Shown piece after piece: positions 19,020 through 28,668 of a stretch of 64,000 bases of DNA. The notes below the pieces were generated by a model. The model had not been told where the DNA came from, did no database searches, and saw only the letters and a program-made list of their open reading frames with translations. Positions within the stretch are counted from its first letter, which is position 1. Every line of letters begins with the position of its first letter. Made by a program: the position numbers and the translations under genes. The DNA is from an uncultured Gemmatimonadaceae bacterium (lineage in GTDB: Bacteria > Gemmatimonadota > Gemmatimonadetes > Gemmatimonadales > Gemmatimonadaceae), in assembly GCA_964411635.1 (NCBI GenBank), contig CAYPLP010000001.1, positions 437,805 through 501,804 of the forward strand, written 5' to 3'.

Positions 19020-19116
19020 GGGGTTGAAGGAAGGGGTGACGGAATTGCTGCAATTCCAGTGATGTCGGGCGGGTGGGCTCTCGGGCGCTGCTCCCTGTCG
19101 GGCGTTTGCCGGACGG

Positions 19117-20526
19117 TCAGATATGGATTGCCCGTCCCAGCACGCTGAGGGCCGCCTCTCTCGTGGCTTCCGCGAGTGTGGGATGCGCGTGAACCGTGAG
19201 CGCCAGATCTTCCGACGAGCCGCGATACTCGAAGGCCAGAACCACCTCGGCCACAAGTTCCGAGACTCCCGGTCCGATCATGTGACAGCCAAGCAGCTCA
19301 TCGGTTTGCGTGTCGGCCACGAACTTCACGAATCCGGACGTCTCGCCGACTGTTCGGGCCCGTCCGTTGGCCGTGAAGGGAAACTTGCCGGTCCGACACT
19401 CACGGCCGCTTTCCCGCACCTCACGTTCACTCAAGCCGACAGACGCAATCTCGGGCCACGTGTAGACCACACTGGGGATATTGTGATAGTGCATGCGAGA
19501 GGCACGCCCGGCGATGGCCTCGGCCGCCACGACTCCTTCTTCTTCAGCCTTGTGGGCCAGCAGCTTGCCTCCGGTGACGTCCCCAATGGCGTACACGCCG
19601 GGGACGCTGGTGCGCATCTGGTCGTCGACGGCGATCTCGCCCCGCGGGCCCAGTGTCAGTCCCAGACTGGCCGCATCGATGCCCGAAAGCGAGGGGCGTC
19701 GTCCAACCGCGACCAGAACGTGGCTGGCTTCCAGTGTACGGGTGTGGCCATCACGGTTCAGGGAAACGGCTATTCCGTCGACGGTACGTTCCGCGGACGT
19801 GACCCGCGTCCCCGTGTGGAATTCTATCCCCTGCCGTCGGAACACGCGGTCCGCCTCCCGCACCAGGTCATCGTCCATGCCCGGCAGGATGGTGGGCATC
19901 ATCTCCACCACGGAAACCTTGGCCCCCAGGCGGCGCCAGACTGATCCCAGCTCCAGACCGATCACTCCGCCGCCGATCACTACCAGATGAGCGGGTACGT
20001 CACGAAGTGCCAGAGCGCCGATGTTGGAGAGGATTCGCTGCTCATCGAACGGAAGGAAGGGCAGCTCGATGGACGTGGACCCGGTCGCAATGATGACGTG
20101 CTCGGCCCTGATGGATTCAGCCTGTCCGTCCGCCGTGGCAACCTCGACAATCCTGTCGTTGCGGAGCCGGGCGTGACCGCGGATCCAGTTCACCCGGTTT
20201 TTCCGGAACAGAAACTCCACGCCCCGGGTGTTCTGCGCGACGATATCATCCTTCCGCTTGAGCATCTGACCGAGGTCGACTCGCAGTCCGTCGAACCCTA
20301 TTCCGTGTTCGTGGGCGTGGAGCCGGGCGAACTCGAATTGCTCGGAAGACTGGAGGAGCGCCTTGGAGGGGATGCACCCCACATTGACGCACGTGCCGCC
20401 GAGGGTTGCTGCCGCTTCCACACATGTGGTCCGAAGTCCGAGCTGGGCGGCCCGGATCGCGGCAACGTAGCCTCCTGGACCGCCCCCGATGACGACTACG
20501 TCGGCACTCTGCTGCTCATTCGACAT
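19117..20526 (-). CDS. lpdA: Dihydrolipoyl dehydrogenase (E3)
   Basis: FAD-binding GGGPGGY is present, with the redox disulfide motif GGTCVNVGCIPSK. An NAD-binding domain and a C-terminal dimerisation domain (HAHPTLAE) follow. Confidence 0.9.
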   Translation of the reverse strand: MSNEQQSADVVVIGGGPGGYVAAIRAAQLGLRTTCVEAAATLGGTCVNVGCIPSKALLQSSEQFEFARLHAHEHGIGFDGLRVDLGQMLKRKDDIVAQNTRGVEFLFRKNRVNWIRGHARLRNDRIVEVATADGQAESIRAEHVIIATGSTSIELPFLPFDEQRILSNIGALALRDVPAHLVVIGGGVIGLELGSVWRRLGAKVSVVEMMPTILPGMDDDLVREADRVFRRQGIEFHTGTRVTSAERTVDGIAVSLNRDGHTRTLEASHVLVAVGRRPSLSGIDAASLGLTLGPRGEIAVDDQMRTSVPGVYAIGDVTGGKLLAHKAEEEGVVAAEAIAGRASRMHYHNIPSVVYTWPEIASVGLSEREVRESGRECRTGKFPFTANGRARTVGETSGFVKFVADTQTDELLGCHMIGPGVSELVAEVVLAFEYRGSSEDLALTVHAHPTLAEATREAALSVLGRAIHI

Positions 20527-20637
20527 CACGGCGACGGTTGCGTTGGGGAGGGGAGTAACAAAATAGCGGGTGTGACCGCTTGAGGCGACCACACCCGCTC
20601 CCCCACCGCGTGAGGAACGCGGTGCCCCATACTCGTA

Positions 20638-21066
20638 TCAGGCTGCCTTGTTCACCGTTTCAACCGGTGCTGCTGTGAAGCGTCCAGAGCGAACCACTGT
20701 CCGGCCACCGTGTCGGCGAGTGCAAAAGACGCCTTCCATTCCCTGGCTGTCGTGTACTCCCTCGAAAACCGTCACCACCGTCGTGCGGGTCTCGGGGTCG
20801 GCATAGGGACCCACGAGTATCACCACCGTCCTGTCGCTGGCTTCCAGGAGACGGGCATCGGTCGCGATTCCGCCGGGTGTGGTGAAACGCTGGACGGCCC
20901 CCGGCAGGAGGTTATCCGGGGTTTCGCGCTGGAGGTTGAATGATTCCACGGTTCCGGCATTGTGCAGCATGAGTCCGCGCCAGGAGCCCGCCAGCTCCGG
21001 TCCCGCACCGGCAGTTCCGGCTGCGACTCGATTGTATTGTCTGGTGAACTGCATGGTCGACTCCAT
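20638..21066 (-). CDS. Hypothetical protein (~145 aa) located between E2 and E3 genes
   Basis: The ORF has coding-like composition. Its position inside the E2-E3 cluster suggests co-transcription. Confidence 0.4.
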   Translation of the reverse strand: MESTMQFTRQYNRVAAGTAGAGPELAGSWRGLMLHNAGTVESFNLQRETPDNLLPGAVQRFTTPGGIATDARLLEASDRTVVILVGPYADPETRTTVVTVFEGVHDSQGMEGVFCTRRHGGRTVVRSGRFTAAPVETVNKAA

Positions 21067-21269
21067 TGCCGATCCTTCCACTGATGTCCCCGTCGGTTTG
21101 TTCCCGTCCGGTGTTGAAGCGTTGGACGCCGGGAAGCCCCAAAGGGTTTACCTGATCCGCCCGATTGGATGGAGTCGACCGATGGATGTTAAGGTGCGGA
21201 CCCGAAAAGAAGACGGGCCGGATCCCGGCATGGAGATCCGGCCCGCACCACTGCCATCGGGACGTGCCG

Positions 21270-22727
21270 TCAGCCGATCGCCATGAGAGCCGGATCCTCC
21301 ATCAGCTCCTTCACCCGGACCAGGAAGAGCACGGCCTGCTGTCCATCGATGATTCGGTGATCGTACGAAAGCGCCACATACATCATGGGTCGGATCTCGA
21401 TACGACCATCCACGGCGACAGGTCTGTCCTGCAGCTTGTGCAGACCCAGGATGGCAACCTCGGGATAGTTGATGATGGGCGTGGACAGCAGAGAGCCGAA
21501 CACCCCACCGTTGGTTATGGTGAACGTGCCACCGGTCAGGTCGTCCATCACCAGCTTGCCGTCGCGCGCCTTCCGGGCCAGGGCAACGATATCCTGGGCA
21601 ATTTGAAGGATGTTCCGTGAGTCGGCATCCTTGAGATTGGGAACCACGAGGCCGGCATCGGATGCGACGGCAATGCCCATGTTCACATAGTGGTGGAAGA
21701 CGATATGATCGCCGTCCACCCGGGCATTGACCGTCGGGAACTGCTTCAGAGCGAGGCACGCCGCCCGAACGAAGAAGGGCATTAGTGACAAGCGCACGCC
21801 GTGGTCCTTCTCGAACTTTTCCTTCACCCGGTTGCGCAGCGCCTCGATACCCGACATGTCGATCTCGTTGAACGTCGTGAGATGGGCGGTGGCGTGCTGG
21901 GATTCCAGCAGATGCTCCGCGATCCGTCTCCGACGGGTCGACATCTTCTCCCGGGTTTCACGCGTTGTGCGTCCCGGGGTCGTGGGGGGCGGCGAGGGTA
22001 TGGGTGCGGGGCCTGGACGTGGTGTACTCACCGGCGGTGTCGCCGGTCCTGCCGCGACGGGGGCGCTGGTCTGGGTGTCGGGAGAAGCGACGGGGCTCGG
22101 GATTGCCGCGGCTGGAGGTGTGGGGTGTGCTGGATGAGCCAGATATTCCACCACGTCCGGTTTGCTCACCACGCCGCCGCGTCCGGTACCCGGAATTGCG
22201 GCCAGATCGACATTGTGATCCGTGGCCAGACGTCGGGCAGCGGGTGAGGAACGCACCTCGGGCGGCCCGGATGGTGTCGGATGGAAGGTCTGCTGAACGG
22301 CGGTGCCGCTCTGTGTGGGCGCGGCGGGTGGTGCTTCGGGAGCTGGCGCCGGTGCGGGTGGCTGTGGCGCCCGTGACGGTGGAACGGGCACCGGCGCAGC
22401 GGCTGCAGTCGGCTGGGGTGGAGGGGGCGCGTCCGATGCCACCGGAGCGGGAGGGTGCCGGGAGGGAGGGGTGGCGCCAGTGCTCGCTGTCGCCGTTTCA
22501 TCCAGTTCCGCCAGCACCGTTCCCAGCGTGACCACGTCGCCTTCCTGATGCAGTCGCCTGACGAGTACCCCGCCGTTGGTGGCGGGCACCTCCACGGTTA
22601 CCTTGTCTGTTTCCAGTTCCACCAGCGTTTCGCCGGCGGCGACAGAGTCTCCTTCCCGCTTGAGCCAGCGTGAGACCGTTGCTTCGACGATCGATTCACC
22701 GAGCGGTGGAACCTTGATCGGGATCAT
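21270..22727 (-). CDS. Dihydrolipoamide acyltransferase (E2) of a 2-oxoacid dehydrogenase complex
   Basis: It has an N-terminal lipoyl domain (ETDKVTVEV) and a long Pro/Ala-rich linker containing an E3-binding domain (RRLATDHNVDLAAIPGTGRGGVVSKPDV). The catalytic domain carries DHRIIDGQQA. The start is the internal Met MIPIKV. Confidence 0.85.
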   Translation of the reverse strand: MIPIKVPPLGESIVEATVSRWLKREGDSVAAGETLVELETDKVTVEVPATNGGVLVRRLHQEGDVVTLGTVLAELDETATASTGATPPSRHPPAPVASDAPPPPQPTAAAAPVPVPPSRAPQPPAPAPAPEAPPAAPTQSGTAVQQTFHPTPSGPPEVRSSPAARRLATDHNVDLAAIPGTGRGGVVSKPDVVEYLAHPAHPTPPAAAIPSPVASPDTQTSAPVAAGPATPPVSTPRPGPAPIPSPPPTTPGRTTRETREKMSTRRRRIAEHLLESQHATAHLTTFNEIDMSGIEALRNRVKEKFEKDHGVRLSLMPFFVRAACLALKQFPTVNARVDGDHIVFHHYVNMGIAVASDAGLVVPNLKDADSRNILQIAQDIVALARKARDGKLVMDDLTGGTFTITNGGVFGSLLSTPIINYPEVAILGLHKLQDRPVAVDGRIEIRPMMYVALSYDHRIIDGQQAVLFLVRVKELMEDPALMAIG

Positions 22728-22804
22728 GCCCTGGATGCGGACGGGGTTGGGCTGCCAGCCGTGAAGTCGCGAATGCGTCGTCAATATAACCGACGGGAGA
22801 TTCT

Positions 22805-23845
22805 GTGCGAGCTTTGACCATCGATGCGCATGGCGGATTGGAGCAGCTCCGACTGCGCGCCGACGTTCCCGAGCCGGAGATCGTGGCTTCGGACGACGTC
22901 CGCATCCGGCTGCGCGCCGCGGCCCTGAATCACATCGACCTCTGGACCCTTCGGGGGACACCGGGGGTGAGGGTCGAACCGGGGTGGATCCTGGGTGCGG
23001 ACGGCATGGGAGTGGTGGACTCCGTGGGGTCAGGGGTGAAAGGCGTTCGTCCGGGCGATACGGTGATCATCAATCCGGGGATCAGTTGTCGGACGTGCGA
23101 GTACTGCCGGTCAGGCAACCAGCCACTTTGCATCCGGTTCCGGATTCTGGGTGAGCACCGGCACGGAACCCTGGCGGATTTCGTGGTGGTACCGGAGTCG
23201 AATGTAAGGGTGATCCCGGCGGACACGGATCCGGATCTGGCCGCGGCATATCCACTGGTGACCCTCACCGCCTGGCGCATGGTGGTGTCGCGGGCGCGGG
23301 TCAGCGCGTCGGACGACGTGCTGATCTGGGGGATCGGTGGTGGAGTGGCTCAGGCAGCCCTGCGGATCTGCCACAACCTGGGAGCGCGCACCTGGGTGAC
23401 TTCCGGTTCGGACGCCAAGCTGGAACGGGCCCGGTCCCTTGGCGCCGACAACCTGCTGCGGCATGGACCGGACATCGACATCGGCCGCACCGTGCGGGAG
23501 CGGACCGGGAAGCGGGGAGTAACGGTGGTGGTGGACTCGGTGGGAACGGCGACCTGGTCGCAGTCGTTAGGTGCGCTTGGCCGGGGTGGACGGCTGGTCA
23601 CCTGTGGCGGCACCACGGGTCCCATAGTTGAGACCGACGTTCGCCGGCTGTTCTGGAACCAGTGGAACATCATGGGGTCCACCATGGGATCGGACAGCGA
23701 GTTCGATGCCATCACGGCCGCATTCCTGTCGGGCGAACTTTCGGTCACGGTGGATTCCTCGTTCCCTCTGGAACGGGCCGCCGAGGCCATGGCGCACCTC
23801 GCATCCGGAACACACTTTGGGAAAGTTGTGGTGAGGATCTCCTGA
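22805..23845 (+). CDS. Zinc-binding MDR-family alcohol dehydrogenase / oxidoreductase
   Basis: A GroES-like N-terminal domain with Cys ligands (CRTCEYCRSGNQPLC) and a Rossmann segment GIGGGVAQ are present. Confidence 0.8.
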   Translation: MRALTIDAHGGLEQLRLRADVPEPEIVASDDVRIRLRAAALNHIDLWTLRGTPGVRVEPGWILGADGMGVVDSVGSGVKGVRPGDTVIINPGISCRTCEYCRSGNQPLCIRFRILGEHRHGTLADFVVVPESNVRVIPADTDPDLAAAYPLVTLTAWRMVVSRARVSASDDVLIWGIGGGVAQAALRICHNLGARTWVTSGSDAKLERARSLGADNLLRHGPDIDIGRTVRERTGKRGVTVVVDSVGTATWSQSLGALGRGGRLVTCGGTTGPIVETDVRRLFWNQWNIMGSTMGSDSEFDAITAAFLSGELSVTVDSSFPLERAAEAMAHLASGTHFGKVVVRIS

Positions 23846-24231
23846 TGCGCTTTCCCCTTCCAACCAGATATTCCGACTACGACACCAAGGGTCACGTCAA
23901 CAACGCCGTGTTTCTCACCTACTTCGAGGCCGCCAAGCACATGCTCTGGCGGGACACCTGGAAGCAGGACCCCGATCCGCCCTTCGTGGTCGCGGAGGCC
24001 ACGGTCCGATTCCGCTCACCTGCCATGATCGGTGAGCCGCTGGAGATCGAGATAAGGACCAGGGAAGTCCGCACCCGCTCCTGGACGTGGCAGTTCCGGA
24101 TCACTGACGCCCGGGACGGGCGGCTGGTGGCCGAGGGCAGTACGGTACAGGTCTGCTTCGACTTCACCGCCAGGGCGCCGATCCCGATCCCGGACGGGAT
24201 ACGCTCCCTCCTCCAGAGCGAGTTGGTGTGA
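23845..24231 (+). CDS. Acyl-CoA thioesterase (4HBT/YbgC-like hotdog fold)
   Basis: The N-terminus (YSDYDTKGHVNNAVFLTYFEAA) is typical of YbgC/4HBT. The ATG overlaps the upstream stop (ATGA). Confidence 0.75.
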   Translation: MRFPLPTRYSDYDTKGHVNNAVFLTYFEAAKHMLWRDTWKQDPDPPFVVAEATVRFRSPAMIGEPLEIEIRTREVRTRSWTWQFRITDARDGRLVAEGSTVQVCFDFTARAPIPIPDGIRSLLQSELV

Positions 24232-24452
24232 GCGAGCCGCTGCAGTACACCAGGGACGAGGAGCGGGCCGTCCGGGAAGCCGCCCGGGACGGTGCCACGC
24301 CGTCGTGTCCGCGTTGTGAGGTACCCCTGACACCCAGGACCCTGGGTGGAGGTTCCTTCGGTCTGGGATACGCCCGCCGCCGCGAGTGGCTGATCTGCCC
24401 GCGCTGTCACCGAAGCGTGCTGTTCGACCGGAAACGGGGTACCCGGAACTGA
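24228..24452 (+). CDS. Small zinc-ribbon protein (two CPRC motifs), GTG start overlapping thioesterase stop
   Basis: The motifs SCPRCE...ICPRCH are present. The ORF is 74 aa. Confidence 0.45.
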   Translation: MSEPLQYTRDEERAVREAARDGATPSCPRCEVPLTPRTLGGGSFGLGYARRREWLICPRCHRSVLFDRKRGTRN

Positions 24453-24537
24453 GAGGGAGCAGGTCTGGGAAGGGAGATGCAGGTGTCCCACGCACGGATA
24501 GATTTCAGCACTCGCAACTGATCTCCCGGGGCCCCCC

Positions 24538-25299
24538 GTGACATTTCTTGAGCGCCTCCAGGCAAGTTTCGCGCAACTCGGGCAGGTGATCCCCGCGCTC
24601 CTCGGCGCACTGGTGATCCTGTTCGCCGGCTACCTGCTGGCCAAGCTGGTGGAGCGCGGTGCTGAAAGAGTGCTCCACATGATCCGTTTGAATCAGGCGC
24701 TCGAGCGTGGTGGTGTCATGGAAGCCGTGGAACGTGGCGCCACGCACTTCAATCCCACCCGGGTCATCGGCAAGACGATCTTCTGGATCCTGATGTTCGG
24801 GGTCATCATGGTGGCCGCTACGACCCTGGGCATGGAGTCCCTTGCCGGGGTGTTCTCCGAACTGGTTGGCTACCTGCCGAGCCTGATGTCGGCCATAGTG
24901 ATCATGATCGTGGGAATAGTCCTGGGGCGCTTCACGGGAGGGCTGATCATGGCTTCCGCCGGTGCAGTGCAGGGAGCCCCCACCCTGGCGCGCTTCGGAC
25001 GAGGCGGCGTGATCATGCTGTCGGTGTTCATCGCGCTGCAGGAGCTGGGCATTGCCACGGACATCGTCACCACGGCGTTTGCAATTCTGTTCGGGGCAGT
25101 GGCCCTGGGTCTGGCATTGGCGTTCGGGTTGGGCAACCGGGAGCTGGCCGCTCAGGTGACGAAGGAGTGGTACGATCGCTACCGTGCGGAACGCGATGCC
25201 ATTGCCCGCGAGGTTGCCGAACGCGAAGCGGCGGAGGAGCAGGAAATCGAGTCCCAGAACGAAGAGAGAGAACCAGCACCACTCCCAACGGAATCCTGA
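24538..25299 (+). CDS. Membrane protein with conserved TM-helix repeats (MscS-associated TM_helix-like) and acidic C-terminus
   Basis: Repeated hydrophobic helices are followed by a charged, coiled tail (EREAAEEQEIESQNEE). Confidence 0.6.
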   Translation: MTFLERLQASFAQLGQVIPALLGALVILFAGYLLAKLVERGAERVLHMIRLNQALERGGVMEAVERGATHFNPTRVIGKTIFWILMFGVIMVAATTLGMESLAGVFSELVGYLPSLMSAIVIMIVGIVLGRFTGGLIMASAGAVQGAPTLARFGRGGVIMLSVFIALQELGIATDIVTTAFAILFGAVALGLALAFGLGNRELAAQVTKEWYDRYRAERDAIAREVAEREAAEEQEIESQNEEREPAPLPTES

Positions 25300-25309
25300 A
25301 CCGGGGATC

Positions 25310-26653
25310 ATGCCAATGTCCACGATGCAACAGGCGGTCGCCGCTCCCGAATCGTTCGAGGAGCTGTGGATGCCCTTCACCGCGAACCGGGCTTTCAAGA
25401 AGTCTCCGCGTCTCCTGGGTTCCGCCAGCGGCATGTACTACACGTCGGTGGACGGACGGAGGATTCTCGACGGCGCGGCGGGACTGTGGTGCGTGAATGC
25501 GGGGCACGGTCGCGAATCTATAGTCAGGGCCATCACGGATACGGCGGCGTCACTGGATTTTGCGTCGAATTTCCAGATGGGACATCCATTGGCGTTCACC
25601 CTGGCGAGCGATCTCGTGAAGGTTCTGCCGGGAGACATGGATCACGTCTTTTTCGGGAACTCCGGTTCCGAGGCGGTGGATTCGGCCCTCAAGATCGTGA
25701 TGGCGTATTGGAAGGCTCGGGGGGAGCCCGAGCGCTCACTCTTCGTGGGACGCCAGCGCGCCTATCATGGAGTGGGTTTTGGCGGGATTTCCGTTGGAGG
25801 GATTGCCCCCAACAAGGCGGCTTTTTCCGGCCAACTCCTGCCCAGGGTGGACCATCTGCCCCACACGCACGGGATAGCCGCGAACTTGTTTTCCCGTGGC
25901 CAGCCGCCCGAAGGGGCCGATCTGGCTGACGCATTGGAGGAGATCGTGTCCCGGCATGGCGCAGGCGCGATAGCGGCTGTCATAGTCGAGCCGGTCGCTG
26001 GTTCGACCGGTGTCCTGGTACCGCCGCGGGGATATCTCGCCCGGCTCAGAAAACTCTGCGACGTGTACGGCATACTGTTGATCTTCGATGAGGTGATAAC
26101 CGGGTTCGGGCGGCTGGGGGCACCCTTCGCCGCGCAGTTTTTCGGGGTGCAACCGGACCTGATGACCATGGCCAAGGGGCTGACCAACGGTTCGGTTCCG
26201 ATGGGTGCGGTCGGCGTGAGGAGGGAGATCTACGATACCGTGGTCAATGCCACTGAATCGGGGATCGAGTTCTTCCACGGTTACACGTACTCGGGTCACC
26301 CGCTGGCTTGTGCTGCCGGTATCGCGACGCTGCAGGTTTACCAGGAGGAAGCGCTGTTTCAACGCGCGGCAGGCCTGGCACCGTACTTTGAGGACGCCGT
26401 TCACTCGCTGCGCGACTCGCGCAATGTGATCGACATCCGCAACCTGGGCTTGATGGCGGCCATCGAGCTGGAGCCGCGGAAGGGACGGCCCGGTGCGCGG
26501 GGAGCGGAAGCACTCGTGGCGGCGTTCAACGCCGGGGTATTGGTCAGGGTGACGGCGGATACCATCGCGCTGTCGCCTCCACTCATCATCGAGAAGCCCC
26601 AGGTGGACAGTCTCATCGGGACACTGGGGAGTGTTCTGAAGCAGCTCGACTGA
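25310..26653 (+). CDS. Class III (omega) aminotransferase, beta-alanine/3-aminoisobutyrate--pyruvate transaminase-like
   Basis: Class III aminotransferase motifs are present (FDEVITGFGRLG; PLP-Lys region DLMTMAKGLTNG). The start is approximated at an internal Met. Confidence 0.8.
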   Translation: MPMSTMQQAVAAPESFEELWMPFTANRAFKKSPRLLGSASGMYYTSVDGRRILDGAAGLWCVNAGHGRESIVRAITDTAASLDFASNFQMGHPLAFTLASDLVKVLPGDMDHVFFGNSGSEAVDSALKIVMAYWKARGEPERSLFVGRQRAYHGVGFGGISVGGIAPNKAAFSGQLLPRVDHLPHTHGIAANLFSRGQPPEGADLADALEEIVSRHGAGAIAAVIVEPVAGSTGVLVPPRGYLARLRKLCDVYGILLIFDEVITGFGRLGAPFAAQFFGVQPDLMTMAKGLTNGSVPMGAVGVRREIYDTVVNATESGIEFFHGYTYSGHPLACAAGIATLQVYQEEALFQRAAGLAPYFEDAVHSLRDSRNVIDIRNLGLMAAIELEPRKGRPGARGAEALVAAFNAGVLVRVTADTIALSPPLIIEKPQVDSLIGTLGSVLKQLD

Positions 26654-26732
26654 TTCCGACGGTCATTACCCGGGGCGTGGTGGACCCGCTGCGGTTCACC
26701 TCCGGCTTTCCGGCAGGGCTGCCGGCCGGGGC

Positions 26733-28304
26733 CTATCCGAGAGTCGGCATGCTGAAGTTCGTGCCGGTCGCGGGTCCTGTGGGCCAGCGGCTGGTCACCG
26801 TCTTGAGTCGTGTGAAGAAGCGGATGCCGTCGGTGCCGTGCTGATTCAGATCACCGAATGCCGAGAGCTTCCATCCTCCGAAAGTATGGAAGGCAAGTGG
26901 TACCGGGATGGAAATGTTGACGCCGACCATTCCTGCCTGGACGCTGTCCACGAAGGTCCTTGCGGTGTCTCCGCTGCGGGTGAAGATGGACGCTCCGTTT
27001 CCGAAGGCATGCGTGGACACCAGCCCCAGGGCTTCCTCGAAAGAGGCGGCACGGACGAGGCAGAGGACGGGGCCGAAGATTTCCTCGCGATAGATCCGCA
27101 TCGTACTGGTCACGTGGTCGAACAGACTGCCACCCAGGAAGAATCCTGACTCATGGCCGGGGAGGTGGAAGTCGCGGCCGTCGACCAGAAGTTGGGCGCC
27201 CTCCTCGACGCCGAGTGACACGTAGGCCGCCACCCGGTCGCGATGCTCGCGAGTTACCAGCGGGCCCATGTCTGCTCCGGGAAGGCTGGACGGTCCGACG
27301 CGAAGCTCCCGGACGCGCGTCGTCAGGCGCTTCGCGAGCAGATCGGCGGTGGCGTCGCCGACGGCGACGGCCACCGAGACTGCCATGCAGCGCTCGCCCG
27401 CCGAACCATAGGCAGCGCTGACGAGGCTGTCGACGGCCTGTTCCAGATCGGCATCGGGCATTACCACCAGGTGGTTCTTCGCGCCCCCCATCGCCTGCAC
27501 CCGCTTGCCGTGGGCAGCGGCGGTCGTGTAGATGTGCTGCGCCACTGGGGTGGATCCGACGAAGGAGATTGCCTGAACGGCGGGATGCTCCACCAAGGCG
27601 TTGACGGTGGCGGCGTTTCCGTGGATCACATTGAGTACTCCGGGAGGCGCGCCGGCTTCCAGCAGCAATTCAGCCAGGCGAACCGGGCAGGAGGGATCCT
27701 TCTCCGATGGCTTGAGGATGAAAGCGTTCCCGCAGGCAATCGCCGGAGCCAGCATCCAGAGGGGCACCATGGCGGGGAAGTTGAACGGGGTTATCCCGGC
27801 GACCACCCCCAGCGGCTGACGCAGGGAGTACATGTCCACCCCAGTCGACACGCCTGACGAGTACTCACCCTTCATCAGGTGTGGTATCCCGCAGGCGAAT
27901 TCCACGACTTCCAGACCACGCTGCACTTCTCCGCGGGCATCCGCGAGCACCTTGCCATGCTCGTCACTGATCAGCCGGGCCAGGTCGTCGGCCCGAGCCG
28001 TGGCCAGCTCATGAAAACGGAAGAGGACCCGGGATCGCCGGACCGGGGACCATGAGCCCCAGTCCTGGAAGGCGATCTCCGCGGACCTGACGGCTTCGGA
28101 AATGATGGATTCGCCAGCCACCGGAACCACGCCTGACTGCTTTCCGGAGCCGGGATCGTAAACCGGCAGCATCTCCGCGCTGTTGCCGGCGCTGTGCCGG
28201 CCATGAATCAGATGCGGGATCAGGCGTTCCGCCGGACGAGTTTCCCGGGTATCCCCGGTATCCGTTTCCGGCGCCGTTGTCAGCGACTGGCCTCCCCTGG
28301 TCAT
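26733..28304 (-). CDS. mmsA: CoA-acylating methylmalonate/malonate-semialdehyde dehydrogenase
   Basis: ALDH catalytic Cys (GSAGERCMA) and Glu (LKPSEKD) regions are present. The MmsA-specific C-terminus is present (FTRLKTVTSRW). Confidence 0.85.
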   Translation of the reverse strand: MTRGGQSLTTAPETDTGDTRETRPAERLIPHLIHGRHSAGNSAEMLPVYDPGSGKQSGVVPVAGESIISEAVRSAEIAFQDWGSWSPVRRSRVLFRFHELATARADDLARLISDEHGKVLADARGEVQRGLEVVEFACGIPHLMKGEYSSGVSTGVDMYSLRQPLGVVAGITPFNFPAMVPLWMLAPAIACGNAFILKPSEKDPSCPVRLAELLLEAGAPPGVLNVIHGNAATVNALVEHPAVQAISFVGSTPVAQHIYTTAAAHGKRVQAMGGAKNHLVVMPDADLEQAVDSLVSAAYGSAGERCMAVSVAVAVGDATADLLAKRLTTRVRELRVGPSSLPGADMGPLVTREHRDRVAAYVSLGVEEGAQLLVDGRDFHLPGHESGFFLGGSLFDHVTSTMRIYREEIFGPVLCLVRAASFEEALGLVSTHAFGNGASIFTRSGDTARTFVDSVQAGMVGVNISIPVPLAFHTFGGWKLSAFGDLNQHGTDGIRFFTRLKTVTSRWPTGPATGTNFSMPTLG

Positions 28305-28668
28305 CTGTCTGCCTCGTCAGGCGGGTATTTGGTGAGTGCTCCGCGGGACTCTTTGCGCAACGTCGGTGAATCGATGAAGGATCGTGAAGTTACTGCGCGG
28401 GGAACCGGGAAGTGCTGGGGAAGTCCGTCCCGGACGGTGCGGGGACTGGCGTTCTGGACGGCCGCCATTCGACAGCGAACAAACACCGAAATGGTCCGCG
28501 AGGGATGGATCCGTGCCGGGGCCCGCACCGGCTCTGGGGAGAGCACAGTAAGAACAAGCACAACAACAACTTACAAAGCTACGCAGGCATTGATTGAAGC
28601 CCGCTGATCCGCTAGATTTCCATGGTTGCAGCACGTCAGGAATTTCCCCAGCCCCAACGTCCGAAACC

